From a virus, in the IMG/VR virus record IMGVR_UViG_3300037419_001472, positions 1-64,000 of that record: a stretch of DNA of 64,000 bases. One strand, given 5' to 3'. A model generated the notes under the pieces. The model saw only the letters and a program-made list of their open reading frames with translations, did no database searches and had not been told where the DNA came from. Numbering within the stretch: position 1 is the stretch's first letter; every line of letters starts with the position of its first letter. Below, one piece after another: positions 44,321 to 53,191 of the stretch. The position numbers and the translations under genes were made by a program.

Positions 44321-46537
44321 ATGCCGATCAACGACCCGTACAAGTGGGACAACGTCGCGATCCCCCCGGCCCGCGCGGCGCTGCCGATCAAGGTGTTCCG
44401 CTACAACGGGCCGGGGTCCTACACGTACCTCCCCAATATCGTCTGCCTGACGACCGAGCAGCATGAGGGGCCAGACCCCGGTTCGGCCGTCTTCCGCTAC
44501 GTGATGGACCCGCGAGCTGGCGGCCCCTACGCGTTCGAGCAGGCGCTGTCCACCAGCTACACCGGCCCCTATGTGGTCGAGGTCGGGGACCGGCTCTGCG
44601 TCCAGGTGATGAAGCCGGATGGCTCGACAGAATGGTTCTTCGACGGCTACCCGCTCGGTTGGGGATCGGCCATCTCGGGCGACGCCGAGGGCGTGGCCCT
44701 ACATGCCGTGGGCGTGGCCAAGCGTGCGTTCGACACGACGATCCGCGGGGCCTACATGCGCAATGCCGATGCGCCGACGACGGTCTCGGACGTGCAGACC
44801 GACCTGATCGCCCGGTGCAACCCGCGGGGCAAGCCGAACGCGACGCCCAAGGACGCCGATGCGGGGGAATTCCCCTACCAGTACCCGACGTTTCTGGACC
44901 CGCTGCTGCCGACCGTGCCGCCGGCGACCGACCCGCCCCAGCGGCGCTGGACGCTGGCCATGATCGCCCGGTATCTCCTGTTCCGCGAGAACGCCGACCA
45001 GACCTACGTCAAGAACCCCGTGGGCGGGCAAATCGACAAGGTCCTGGTCTCGCGCGAGCCGATCACCGGCGTGCAACTCGACCCCAACGATGCCTCGACC
45101 TACACGGCCAAGGACATCGCGGCCCCCGACCCGCCCTTGACCGGCTCGCGCTGGCCGACCGCCATCCGACGGCTGACTGAGGACTATGGGTTCGGCATGG
45201 CCTGGAGGCTGACCACGACGGGCTCGGGCGACCCATCGACGGCCCTGGACCTCTTCTACAGCCAGGCCGGCGACGTGAAGTCCATCTACTTGGACGCACG
45301 CGGCTCGGCCTTCGACGCGGCGAAGAACAACATCGGCGCGGCCCAGATGGAGCGGGACATCTCAGGCGTCGTGAACAAGGTCATCACCGAGGGGGGCCTT
45401 GAGCGGTACCAGGCATCCTTCGTCCTCGACTGCGCGTTCCCGAGCAGCTCGAGCGACGCAGCCTCGGCTACCGCCCTGGCCGCCTTCAAGTCGAGTGACC
45501 CGGCCTTTACTACTAGTGATAACTTCAACAAGTATCGCAAGTTTATTTTTGATGAGACGGGCGAGGGGCACTATCACGCCGGGACCACGGCCAAGCTGAC
45601 GACCGTGCCGAGCCTGGACTCCCTGTTCGGCTCGGGGAAGTATGTCAAGCGTCGTCGCCAGCCCATCGGCGACCTGTTCAGCACCGATACCAACGGCAGG
45701 CCGCTGAAGTGGCGGCTGGACATCTCCACGGATTATGCCGGGACCGTGCCAGGTCTCTGGGACGGGACCGGGCACTGGCAGCACGTCGAGGGGGGCGCCG
45801 CGCTCCTGACCGACCAGATCGGCGTGCGGGTCAACGTCCAGGACCCGAACAAGTGGCACATCGGCAGCTCGACCGATACGAACGCGGCCTTTCCTGACGG
45901 CGTGGTCAAGGCCGTGCAGTGCATGGCGGCCCCGGACGCGCAGAATCCCAAGTTCTTTTTGATGTTGACCTGCGTCGTGGAGTCGGATCAGGTCGCCAGC
46001 TACACGGCCGAGCGGCAGGACTCCAGCCCGATCTCCTGGGAGATCGATGAGCGGGTTGATGCGCGGGATCGCCTGGCGACCAAAATCATCGCCGCCTACA
46101 CGCAGCCGGACAACAATGCCTCGACCACGAAGACCGTGCTCAACGATCAGGACTATCTGACGGCCGAGGCGATCTCGGTGCGGCAGAGCAAGGAAGCGGG
46201 TGTCTTCGAGGCTGAGGTCGAGATCCCCTACTTCACCCGGTACTACGAGATCGGCGATCGGATCGACCAAATCGAGGGCCGGAACCTGAATCTGCGAACC
46301 GACGGGGGCGGCTCGGGCGTGATGCCGGTTTACCCGATGGTCGTCTCAGTGCGGCACGACTTCTCGGACGGCCAGAAGACGTACCTGACGCTCAGCGACC
46401 GGGGTATGAACCACGCCCACGTCAAACGGCTGGGGACGCGCTCGAGCCGCTACACGCAGCCCATGCGGCGGCGGACGGCCCCGCTCGACCCCCGCGCGGG
46501 ATTCATCCAGAACCCCAATGGATCGAGGGAACTGTGA
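44321..46537 (+). CDS. large tail/baseplate hub-like protein
   Basis: 738 aa, upstream of the fibre-like genes. Confidence 0.5.
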   Translation: MPINDPYKWDNVAIPPARAALPIKVFRYNGPGSYTYLPNIVCLTTEQHEGPDPGSAVFRYVMDPRAGGPYAFEQALSTSYTGPYVVEVGDRLCVQVMKPDGSTEWFFDGYPLGWGSAISGDAEGVALHAVGVAKRAFDTTIRGAYMRNADAPTTVSDVQTDLIARCNPRGKPNATPKDADAGEFPYQYPTFLDPLLPTVPPATDPPQRRWTLAMIARYLLFRENADQTYVKNPVGGQIDKVLVSREPITGVQLDPNDASTYTAKDIAAPDPPLTGSRWPTAIRRLTEDYGFGMAWRLTTTGSGDPSTALDLFYSQAGDVKSIYLDARGSAFDAAKNNIGAAQMERDISGVVNKVITEGGLERYQASFVLDCAFPSSSSDAASATALAAFKSSDPAFTTSDNFNKYRKFIFDETGEGHYHAGTTAKLTTVPSLDSLFGSGKYVKRRRQPIGDLFSTDTNGRPLKWRLDISTDYAGTVPGLWDGTGHWQHVEGGAALLTDQIGVRVNVQDPNKWHIGSSTDTNAAFPDGVVKAVQCMAAPDAQNPKFFLMLTCVVESDQVASYTAERQDSSPISWEIDERVDARDRLATKIIAAYTQPDNNASTTKTVLNDQDYLTAEAISVRQSKEAGVFEAEVEIPYFTRYYEIGDRIDQIEGRNLNLRTDGGGSGVMPVYPMVVSVRHDFSDGQKTYLTLSDRGMNHAHVKRLGTRSSRYTQPMRRRTAPLDPRAGFIQNPNGSREL

Positions 46538-46866
46538 GCGACGGCTATTCCGAATATGAGCGGCTGCGCGACGACGACGACGGCCAGCGGGACGACATCT
46601 CGGGCTTCGATGGGAGCATTCCCCAGGCCGGCGTGACGTTCATTGCGAAGACGGCGACGAAGACGACCTATCCGACCGTGGCCGGGGCCTTTTTCTGGTG
46701 CACAATCCAGACCGTGACCGGGGCCGAGACCGAGGGCGGGGCGGCCACCTACACGAGCACTGGCAAGAGCGTCATGGCGTTCAACCTGGGCTCATCCGTG
46801 CCGCCCAGCGGGACACCCGTCATTATCGAATTTGTATCAGATCGTTATGTGTTTAGGTATCCATGA
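46534..46866 (+). CDS. small tail protein sharing a domain with the next gene
   Basis: GTGA overlap with the previous gene. FFWCTIQTVTGAETEGGAATYTS aligns with FLSWQPVVLTGSEMEGGASTSS of 46880-47968. Confidence 0.5.
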   Translation: MSDGYSEYERLRDDDDGQRDDISGFDGSIPQAGVTFIAKTATKTTYPTVAGAFFWCTIQTVTGAETEGGAATYTSTGKSVMAFNLGSSVPPSGTPVIIEFVSDRYVFRYP

Positions 46867-46879
46867 CGAGGCCGCGCCG

Positions 46880-47968
46880 ATGAGCCTGGACATCGCCCGG
46901 GACGACCGCAACAACCGCAAGCTGATCCTGCCCAGTTCCTCGCTCGATGGCGCGCCGCGCGTGCTCGGCAAGATCACGACGGCGAGCGGGACGATCGGGG
47001 TTGGTAAGTTCCTCTCCTGGCAGCCCGTCGTCCTGACCGGCTCCGAGATGGAGGGGGGCGCGTCGACCTCGAGCATCAATACCGCGGCGACGCGCAAGGG
47101 CGTGCTGGTCCAGGGGACAGCGTCCCAGAACGACGTTGCCGCGTTCGTCTTCGTCGACTATCGCTGGGTGACGCCGGGGCGGTCGGGCGGCTGCAATCCC
47201 GGTACAACATCGCTTACCTTCCACATTAAGGGCTGTCAGGGTACGGCTCTGTCTGGCGTCCCGGTCAGCGTGACGGAATCAGACGGCACCGTGATCAGCG
47301 GCAGCACCGATGCGTCCGGCACATTCGTTGCCGGGATCTTGGTGCCGGGGGCCTACACCTACACCTACGATCCAGGTCCGGGGCTGGGAGGGCCGGCGTC
47401 GGGTAGTGGCTCAATCTCATGCGGGCAAGCCCTCACCGTCAATGTCGACTATAGCCTAGGTCTGACAGGGAGTTGTTGCTGCAACAACAGGATTCTGCCC
47501 GCTACGCTCTATGCGACAACTTCCCAGGGCACGGTCGCTCTCAATGCCGGTTCAAGCTACACAAATAGCCAGAACTGGAACTACAACCCGGCCTACAAAG
47601 TTAACCCAAGCAATCAATGCTACCCAGATTGCTCTGGGACAGGCGCCTACACGATTCAAGTCGCCTACTCGCTTGGATGCCATGGAGCAACCCCCGGCTT
47701 GCTTGTTAACTGGGCCGCCGGAGAATGTCCGCCGAACGTCCCGCCGAATGGAACCGAGACTTGGTTGCCGGCGCAGGGGATTACCATCGGAGGGCCCTGT
47801 GGATTCCAACCTGCGGCAGATGTCGGCAAAGTAATCCCATTCCCCTTCGACCCGTGCACAGAGCCATTCCCCTGGACGTTCACTTTCCCGGCAACCTCGG
47901 ATGACATTACGGGCTTCGGGCAAACATCCCCATGCCCAGCCACTGGCACCATCGTGATTGCACCTTAA
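46880..47968 (+). CDS. receptor-binding / tail fibre-like protein with CarboxypepD_reg-like and Cys-rich C-terminal domains
   Basis: GVPVSVTESDGTVISGSTDASGTFVAGILVPGAYTYTY, 14 Cys in the C-terminal half, and visibly lower GC. Confidence 0.55.
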   Translation: MSLDIARDDRNNRKLILPSSSLDGAPRVLGKITTASGTIGVGKFLSWQPVVLTGSEMEGGASTSSINTAATRKGVLVQGTASQNDVAAFVFVDYRWVTPGRSGGCNPGTTSLTFHIKGCQGTALSGVPVSVTESDGTVISGSTDASGTFVAGILVPGAYTYTYDPGPGLGGPASGSGSISCGQALTVNVDYSLGLTGSCCCNNRILPATLYATTSQGTVALNAGSSYTNSQNWNYNPAYKVNPSNQCYPDCSGTGAYTIQVAYSLGCHGATPGLLVNWAAGECPPNVPPNGTETWLPAQGITIGGPCGFQPAADVGKVIPFPFDPCTEPFPWTFTFPATSDDITGFGQTSPCPATGTIVIAP

Positions 47969-47969
47969 T

Positions 47970-48398
47970 ATGATATTGCAACGATGCAACCATTGCCCCG
48001 TCGTCCCCGATCGGGAGTGCCTTGGGACCACTGCGGCGTTCGGCTACATGTGCGAATTCGCCCAGAGCGAGGATCCGGTCAAAGTCCGGCATGTCGTCGA
48101 GCGATCGGCGATCGGAGTAGATCCCCAACCGCCTGGGATGATCGCGCGGACGGCATCGCTCGCTGTCGCAGTCGTGGCGCACATCGCAACCGGCATGCAT
48201 CGCGTGGACGACGCAGTTAGGGACGCCCGGCTGGCGATTTGCCAGACGAACGAATGCGGCCACTACCGGACCGAGGAAGGGGCGCCGGCCTGCCTGGCAT
48301 GCGGGTGCGGACGGCGGGGCCTGGAGATCAAGGCCGGGTGGGCCGAGCAGCAGTGCCCGCTCGACCCACCGCGGTGGGGGCCGGTTGAGGTTACTTGA
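47970..48398 (+). CDS. Cys-rich small protein
   Basis: CNHCP...C and ICQTNECGHY...CLACGCG...CP motifs. Start uncertain (47970, 48048 or 48138). Confidence 0.35.
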   Translation: MILQRCNHCPVVPDRECLGTTAAFGYMCEFAQSEDPVKVRHVVERSAIGVDPQPPGMIARTASLAVAVVAHIATGMHRVDDAVRDARLAICQTNECGHYRTEEGAPACLACGCGRRGLEIKAGWAEQQCPLDPPRWGPVEVT

Positions 48399-49968
48399 CC
48401 TCGCGCTGGCCCAGGTGGGCCTTGTAGAACGGCTGATTGACGTCGGTCGTGTTGAAGCCCTCGCTCGGCTGGGGCGAAACGCCCTGGACCGTGTCGAGCG
48501 TGCTGGTCACGACCATGCCGCTCCGGGCGAAAAGCGTCACGAGCCGACGGTCATTTTTGAGCACCGGCGCCGGCGAAGCCGTGGCCGGCGGATAATTCCC
48601 GGGCCCCGGAGTGGTGCCCGCCATCGCGTCGGCGTCCAGCGGCAGCTCGTAGTAAGTCACGCTCGCCGTGTTTGCCGGGTTCGGGTTCGGGACTCCCGCA
48701 GTGGTCCCCCAGACGGCTCCGCGCGCGTAGACGTCCTCGCGGGCCGCGAGCCAGAAGTCCAGGAACGGAATGGGGTTCATCGATGTCGCCGACGAGTACA
48801 TCGTCGTGGGCACGTAACTGCCGTTCGGATTGAGCATCACGTCAACCGAAAGCGATCCAGGGTCGACCGGCAAGCGCGACCGTTCCTGGAGTTTGTTCCA
48901 GGATGTCGCGTCGATCACCACGCCGGCCGGCAGGAGGATCTCACGTCCACCGGGCGTGGGCACAGGCCGTCGTTCGATTGAGTAGGCGGAATCCCAAAAG
49001 TGAGACTTACCGTTGCCGTTGGCCCATGCTGGCGAAGGGCTGAACGCTGAGGGAGCAGAGTCGCGGAGATTCCCAACGTTGAGTCCCACCCAGTCCTCGC
49101 GCTCCGTCCACTCCAGGGCGTCGTCTACGACCCCATCAGCGTTCTGGTCGTATCCATCCCATCCCTGGTCGACATAGCCGTCGTGGTCGTCGTCCTCTCC
49201 GTTGACCAAAAACAGAAACTCGGGCGTCGGCGGATTGGGGATCGGATTGCCAGCGGAGTCGTAGTAGGTCCGGACCAGAGGCGATGGTGTGCCAGGAGGG
49301 CCGACATTGACGAACCACTCGAGATTGCCCTGGTTGATTGCCAGAGGTGCCTTCGGATTGATCGTGCAAGGGCCAACGACCGTGTAAGCGCGGCCCGTGT
49401 CGCCGAACTTGATCTTGTCGCCCACCCTCACATTCCACCACCAGTTGACCGGCTCGTTGGGAATGGCGCCCGGTGTGATGAATCCGCCCACAAAGGGGGA
49501 CTCTTCGATCATGAGCACGTTTGCTGGCGTGCTGGAGTCGGGAAACGGATAGGTCGCGCCGTTGGTGATCGGATGGGCCGGAGGAAAGGTGGCCGTCGCC
49601 CCTCCAGGAGGTAGCTGGGGGCCGACACTGAACTTGCCGGCGGTATAGTCGGCGGCTGGCTCAATCGGGATCAGTCGGTTGTAGGCAAGCTGAAGCGTGC
49701 CGGCACCGACCGTGCCGACCGCCGGAAGCGTGAGCATAGGGTCGGGCATGAGCCGCAGGCCACGCGGCTCATTCTGGCGGATGGCCGCGTCCCTCGCCCC
49801 CGCAATCGCCCCCGTCAAGACCTGAGCCGCGTCGGTTATGCTTCGCCCTGTCAGTGAGTCGCGGATCAGGGGCAGCGCGATAAGCGACGCAATCAGGATG
49901 ATCGCGAGAACCACCAAGATCTCAACGAGCGTAAACCCTGGGCGGCGGTGACGTGATCGGCGGAACAT
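48391..49968 (-). CDS. prepilin-type N-terminal cleavage/methylation domain protein, large minor-(pseudo)pilin-like
   Basis: RRPG/FTLVEILVVLAIILIASLIAL prepilin signal. 525 aa. Acidic Ca-binding-like NGEDDDHDGYVDQGWDGYDQNADGVVDD. Confidence 0.8.
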   Translation of the reverse strand: MFRRSRHRRPGFTLVEILVVLAIILIASLIALPLIRDSLTGRSITDAAQVLTGAIAGARDAAIRQNEPRGLRLMPDPMLTLPAVGTVGAGTLQLAYNRLIPIEPAADYTAGKFSVGPQLPPGGATATFPPAHPITNGATYPFPDSSTPANVLMIEESPFVGGFITPGAIPNEPVNWWWNVRVGDKIKFGDTGRAYTVVGPCTINPKAPLAINQGNLEWFVNVGPPGTPSPLVRTYYDSAGNPIPNPPTPEFLFLVNGEDDDHDGYVDQGWDGYDQNADGVVDDALEWTEREDWVGLNVGNLRDSAPSAFSPSPAWANGNGKSHFWDSAYSIERRPVPTPGGREILLPAGVVIDATSWNKLQERSRLPVDPGSLSVDVMLNPNGSYVPTTMYSSATSMNPIPFLDFWLAAREDVYARGAVWGTTAGVPNPNPANTASVTYYELPLDADAMAGTTPGPGNYPPATASPAPVLKNDRRLVTLFARSGMVVTSTLDTVQGVSPQPSEGFNTTDVNQPFYKAHLGQREVK

Positions 49969-50191
49969 ATCTCACACTCCCCTTACCGTAGGGCGGCCAG
50001 CCGAAACGACGGGCGAAGTATTTGCGCATCGCGTCACGGCCGTCTTGGTGAAAGATTGTCAGGGTTAGGGGGAGCGGCCGGCGCGGAAACTGTCGGCGAT
50101 ATGCCGCGGCGAAGGCCCCCCAAACAACAGCGGTCCCCAAAATCGACAGCAGAATGATCGCTTGCCAGTCGATCCCCTTCTGCTCGCGCAT
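49922..50191 (-). CDS. small TM protein upstream of the pilin-like gene
   Basis: TM segment AIILLSILGTAVVWGAFAAA. Overlaps the pilin start by 47 nt. Confidence 0.35.
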   Translation of the reverse strand: MREQKGIDWQAIILLSILGTAVVWGAFAAAYRRQFPRRPLPLTLTIFHQDGRDAMRKYFARRFGWPPYGKGSVRYVPPITSPPPRVYAR

Positions 50192-50458
50192 TGAAGCCGC
50201 CTGTAAAGAACAAGCCCCCATCCGGGCTCTAACCTCCGGACGGGGGCATCAAATCGGGATGCGGTCCCGGCTCGGTCTGTAGCATGGCCAGAGCACACCA
50301 TTGACGTAACGATAGCCTCACATGGACGCTAAATCAAGCAGTCTCGCCTTCTCCGTCCTCGCGGGCCTGACGTTCAAATGATGAAGGAACTCTAGAACCT
50401 GATTCCATAACAGTCGATCCCCGACCATTGATGTCACCTCAAACGGCCGCGCCTTCTC

Positions 50459-50502
50459 AAAAAAAGTCCTGCATGCGGGCCGTGACGCACCGCATGCAGG
50501 AC
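50459..50502 (-). terminator. Rho-independent terminator (13-bp stem GTCCTGCATGCGG/CCGCATGCAGGAC plus T7 on minus strand)
   Basis: Perfect inverted repeat 50466-50478 / 50490-50502, with an A7 run at 50459-50465 on the plus strand. Confidence 0.8.
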
Positions 50503-50690
50503 ATTGGGCAGGCCCGCGGTCGGGCCCGGTTGCGCTATTGATCTAGAATGCCTTGATGCCCCGGCTGCGGAAACTGGACAGACGCACACCGGCCCGGCAG
50601 GCCGCGATAATCTGGGAGTCCCAAGGTGTTTATGTGGCCCTTTGATCCCGTTTAAGGATTTGATCCGGGATCTTGGACGCTCGTTTTCTC

Positions 50691-50719
50691 ATGATAGGCT
50701 CTTGTCGCAGCAAGTTTAA
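50691..50719 (-). promoter_or_regulatory. candidate promoter TTAAAC-17-TATCAT
   Basis: Same -10 hexamer as the other leftward promoters. Lies about 190 nt upstream of terminator 50459-50502. Confidence 0.35.
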
Positions 50720-50914
50720 GCTAATAAGATCGGCTTAGCTTGACTGCGCCAATGCAGCCCTGCCTTCTCTCCTGACTGTCCTGGCCGGCATTCTCACCGG
50801 GACGTCCAATCCTACTCTCGCTGGTACACACAACTGATGCGAACGCACCGCGACCAGACGGCGAAGACGCCTGCGTGCTCGAGTCCCACCAGCGTCCCCG
50901 GGGGCCTTGAGTTT

Positions 50915-51082
50915 ATGGAGCACGTCCGGTTCAAGCACCAGCTCCCTGGGGGCGAGGTGCTTGAAAGCGACGTGATCGTGACCACGCCCGAGCTCTGGCC
51001 AGAGCTACCCCAGTCCCGATCCGGGAACTGGCAATCGATCATCGCCGGTCCGCTCATGATCGCGCACCGGGCCCTGGCCTGA
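50915..51082 (+). CDS. small hypothetical protein (55 aa), stand-alone transcription unit
   Basis: Very high GC3 in this frame. Followed by a strong terminator. Confidence 0.45.
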   Translation: MEHVRFKHQLPGGEVLESDVIVTTPELWPELPQSRSGNWQSIIAGPLMIAHRALA

Positions 51083-51116
51083 TCCGGATCTGACGTTGAG
51101 CCTCAGCCCCCTCTCA

Positions 51117-51148
51117 CCCCGCGCGACACACCCGCGCGGGGTTTTTTT
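51117..51148 (+). terminator. Rho-independent terminator (CCCCGCGCG-N7-CGCGCGGGG plus T7)
   Basis: Directly visible stem and T-run. Confidence 0.85.
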
Positions 51149-51182
51149 GTGCCTTGCGCCGGCCAGCCATGCGCCCGTCAGC

Positions 51183-51656
51183 TCAATGCCTGCCGCCCTT
51201 GTCCTTGCCGGCATGGTTCCGGGCCGAGGCCTCGGGCATCCGCCGGCCCGGCATCCGGATCGGCTGGCCGACCGGGGGCAGCTCCTGCGGGGCTGAGGCG
51301 GGCTGAGCCGGGGGAGGAACCAGGGGAGCGCCCAGGAGTCGGCGCAGCGATTCATCTGGCCCCAGGCGGCGGATCGCCTCCCAGCACAACTGTTCCTCGG
51401 GCGGCAACCCCTGGGCTAGCTTCGGGGTCTGGACCCCGGCAATCTCGTCCGGGTCATCGACCCGAGGGTCGCAGAGATACTCAACCGGCACGCCCAGGAA
51501 GCGAGCCATGTTAAGTAGATCCTCGGGTGAGGGGTGGCCTGTCCCCTGGACCCACTTCGAGATCCTCGACTGCGCCTTGTGAATGAAGGTGGCCAGGTCA
51601 TTCTGACTCTTGTTCAACTCACCGAGCCGTCTGGTGATCTTTTCACCTAACGTCAT
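51183..51656 (-). CDS. CI-like XRE-family repressor
   Basis: HTH segment LGEKITRRLGELNKSQNDLATFIHKAQSRISKWVQGTGHPSPEDLLNMARFLGV. Divergent from a cro-like gene. Start at internal ATG 51656. Confidence 0.7.
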   Translation of the reverse strand: MTLGEKITRRLGELNKSQNDLATFIHKAQSRISKWVQGTGHPSPEDLLNMARFLGVPVEYLCDPRVDDPDEIAGVQTPKLAQGLPPEEQLCWEAIRRLGPDESLRRLLGAPLVPPPAQPASAPQELPPVGQPIRMPGRRMPEASARNHAGKDKGGRH

Positions 51657-51769
51657 GTCAGCACTGGGGTCTCGGGAAAGAGGCGGTGTCAGTGGAGCCA
51701 CACTCACACTACTTGTTCCGATCAATTTCGTAACCCCCGGCTTTCTGGAAAACCCGCATTTTTTCCGCA

Positions 51770-51832
51770 TCGGGATTGAAACCGGAATTTCAGCGGGCTA
51801 GAATGATCTACGTTCGGGATTGAAAACGGAAT
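51770..51832 (+). promoter_or_regulatory. switch region: two direct repeats TCGGGATTGAAA(A)C(C/G)GAAT and promoter TTGAAA-17-TAGAAT (51776-51804)
   Basis: The repeats begin at 51770 and 51814. The first contains the -35 of a good sigma70-like promoter facing the cro-like gene. Confidence 0.6.
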
Positions 51833-51859
51833 CAACCCGCTCTCCCCCCACGGAGATCC

Positions 51860-52213
51860 ATGATGCCTGAGAACATCGCTGCCCCGCCCCGCCATCTGAG
51901 CGAGAAGTTGCTGACGACCTCGACGGTCGCGGATCAGGTGCGTCAGCCCAAGCTCAAGGTCGAGATCCTGACGCGGATCTGCGGCATCCAGCGGCATGGG
52001 GCGAGTAACTGCAAGCTGTTCGACGCGGCGGCCATCGAGCGTTTGAAGACGACGTTCGAGGTCTACGACCTGGCCAGTGCGCTGATCGCGCAGGGCCATG
52101 CCGAGGAGTTGCAAACGCTCTGGGACCTGTTCGCCTCTGGAGTGCATGACCTCGCCAACGAGGTCCAGGCCCGGTCCGAGGGGGCTGACGCCCCGGCCGT
52201 GGCGATTCGGTGA
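51860..52213 (+). CDS. Cro/excisionase-type (HTH_17-like) small DNA-binding protein
   Basis: LLTTSTVADQVRQPKLKVEILTRICGIQRHG...KLFDAAAIERL, and position opposite the repressor. Confidence 0.45.
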   Translation: MMPENIAAPPRHLSEKLLTTSTVADQVRQPKLKVEILTRICGIQRHGASNCKLFDAAAIERLKTTFEVYDLASALIAQGHAEELQTLWDLFASGVHDLANEVQARSEGADAPAVAIR

Positions 52214-52328
52214 TCACCGCGCAACCATTCTATATGCACCCGTGATGCCGGAAGGCAAGAAAAATTCCCATTTTTCCGGATCCGCCTAAAAACCTTGATC
52301 CGGGATCAACCGAGGAAAGGACTGGACC

Positions 52329-53066
52329 GTGACCCAGACTCCTGACATCTTCGCGGCGCTGGCTGCCCCTTTTTTGGCGGGTGAGGTCAAGACGCGTACC
52401 CAGGGTGGCCGCCAGCTCTCCTACATCACCGCGCGGACGGCGATGAACCGGCTCGATACCGTGCTCGGCCCTGAGAACTGGCGCGACTCCTACCGCTCGG
52501 GGGGCGAAAACTCGATCGTCTGCCGCCTCGAGATCCGCCTCAACAGCGGCGAGTGGCTGGCCAAGGAAGATGCGGGCGGGTTCGCTGGCATGTCCGACTC
52601 GGGTGATGACGACAAGTCCGGGTACTCGGACAGCTTCAAGCGGGCCTGTGTCAAGTTCGGGATCGGCCGGTACCTCTACCGCGACGGCGTCCCGGACTAT
52701 GCCCAGGGTGAGCACGGCGAGGTCCGCGACGAGCCGGCCCGCAGTCAGCCGCAGCCGCCGCGTGACAGCCACCGTGAGGAGCCGCGCGACCACGCGCCGC
52801 GCGGCAATGGGAACGGCGGTGGGTACTCCGGGCCGCCCCGCTCGGGCAAGGCCTTGTTCGCCTGGACCAAGGAACAAGAGCAGCGTCACTCGGTCGGTCT
52901 GCTCAAGTACCTCAACGGCTGGGCCAAGTTGCAGGACTTCCCCGGCCGGATGGTGGACTGGGATGCCGAGCAGGTCGCCCTGGCCCATGCCGAGGCGGTC
53001 CGCAAGCTCCAGTCGGTCCAGGCCGGCGGGTATGAGGAAGCCCACGGCGAGGATGGCACCTACTGA
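52329..53066 (+). CDS. Rad52/Sak-type single-strand annealing protein
   Basis: LSYITARTAMNRLDTVLGPENW...KSGYSDSFKRACVKFGIGRYLY is the Rad52/22 signature. GTG start. Confidence 0.8.
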   Translation: MTQTPDIFAALAAPFLAGEVKTRTQGGRQLSYITARTAMNRLDTVLGPENWRDSYRSGGENSIVCRLEIRLNSGEWLAKEDAGGFAGMSDSGDDDKSGYSDSFKRACVKFGIGRYLYRDGVPDYAQGEHGEVRDEPARSQPQPPRDSHREEPRDHAPRGNGNGGGYSGPPRSGKALFAWTKEQEQRHSVGLLKYLNGWAKLQDFPGRMVDWDAEQVALAHAEAVRKLQSVQAGGYEEAHGEDGTY

Positions 53067-53191
53067 GCGCTGAGGCCTGACGGGTGCCCGGCCCGCGACG
53101 AGGCGGGCCGGGCTTGATCTCCCCATCTGAACCCTGCCGGCCGCCGACCCCGCGCCGGGCCGATCGCCGTGCGCCCACAGGCACCCCACCG

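Noticed and set aside
46880-47968. Diversity-generating retroelement targeting the fibre tip
   Set aside because: No reverse transcriptase ORF and no template/variable repeat pair could be found in the window.
47907-48263. 118-aa minus-strand ORF between the fibre gene and the pilin gene
   Set aside because: The plus-strand frame (47970-48398) has higher GC3 and conserved Cys motifs. The minus ORF has no start context.
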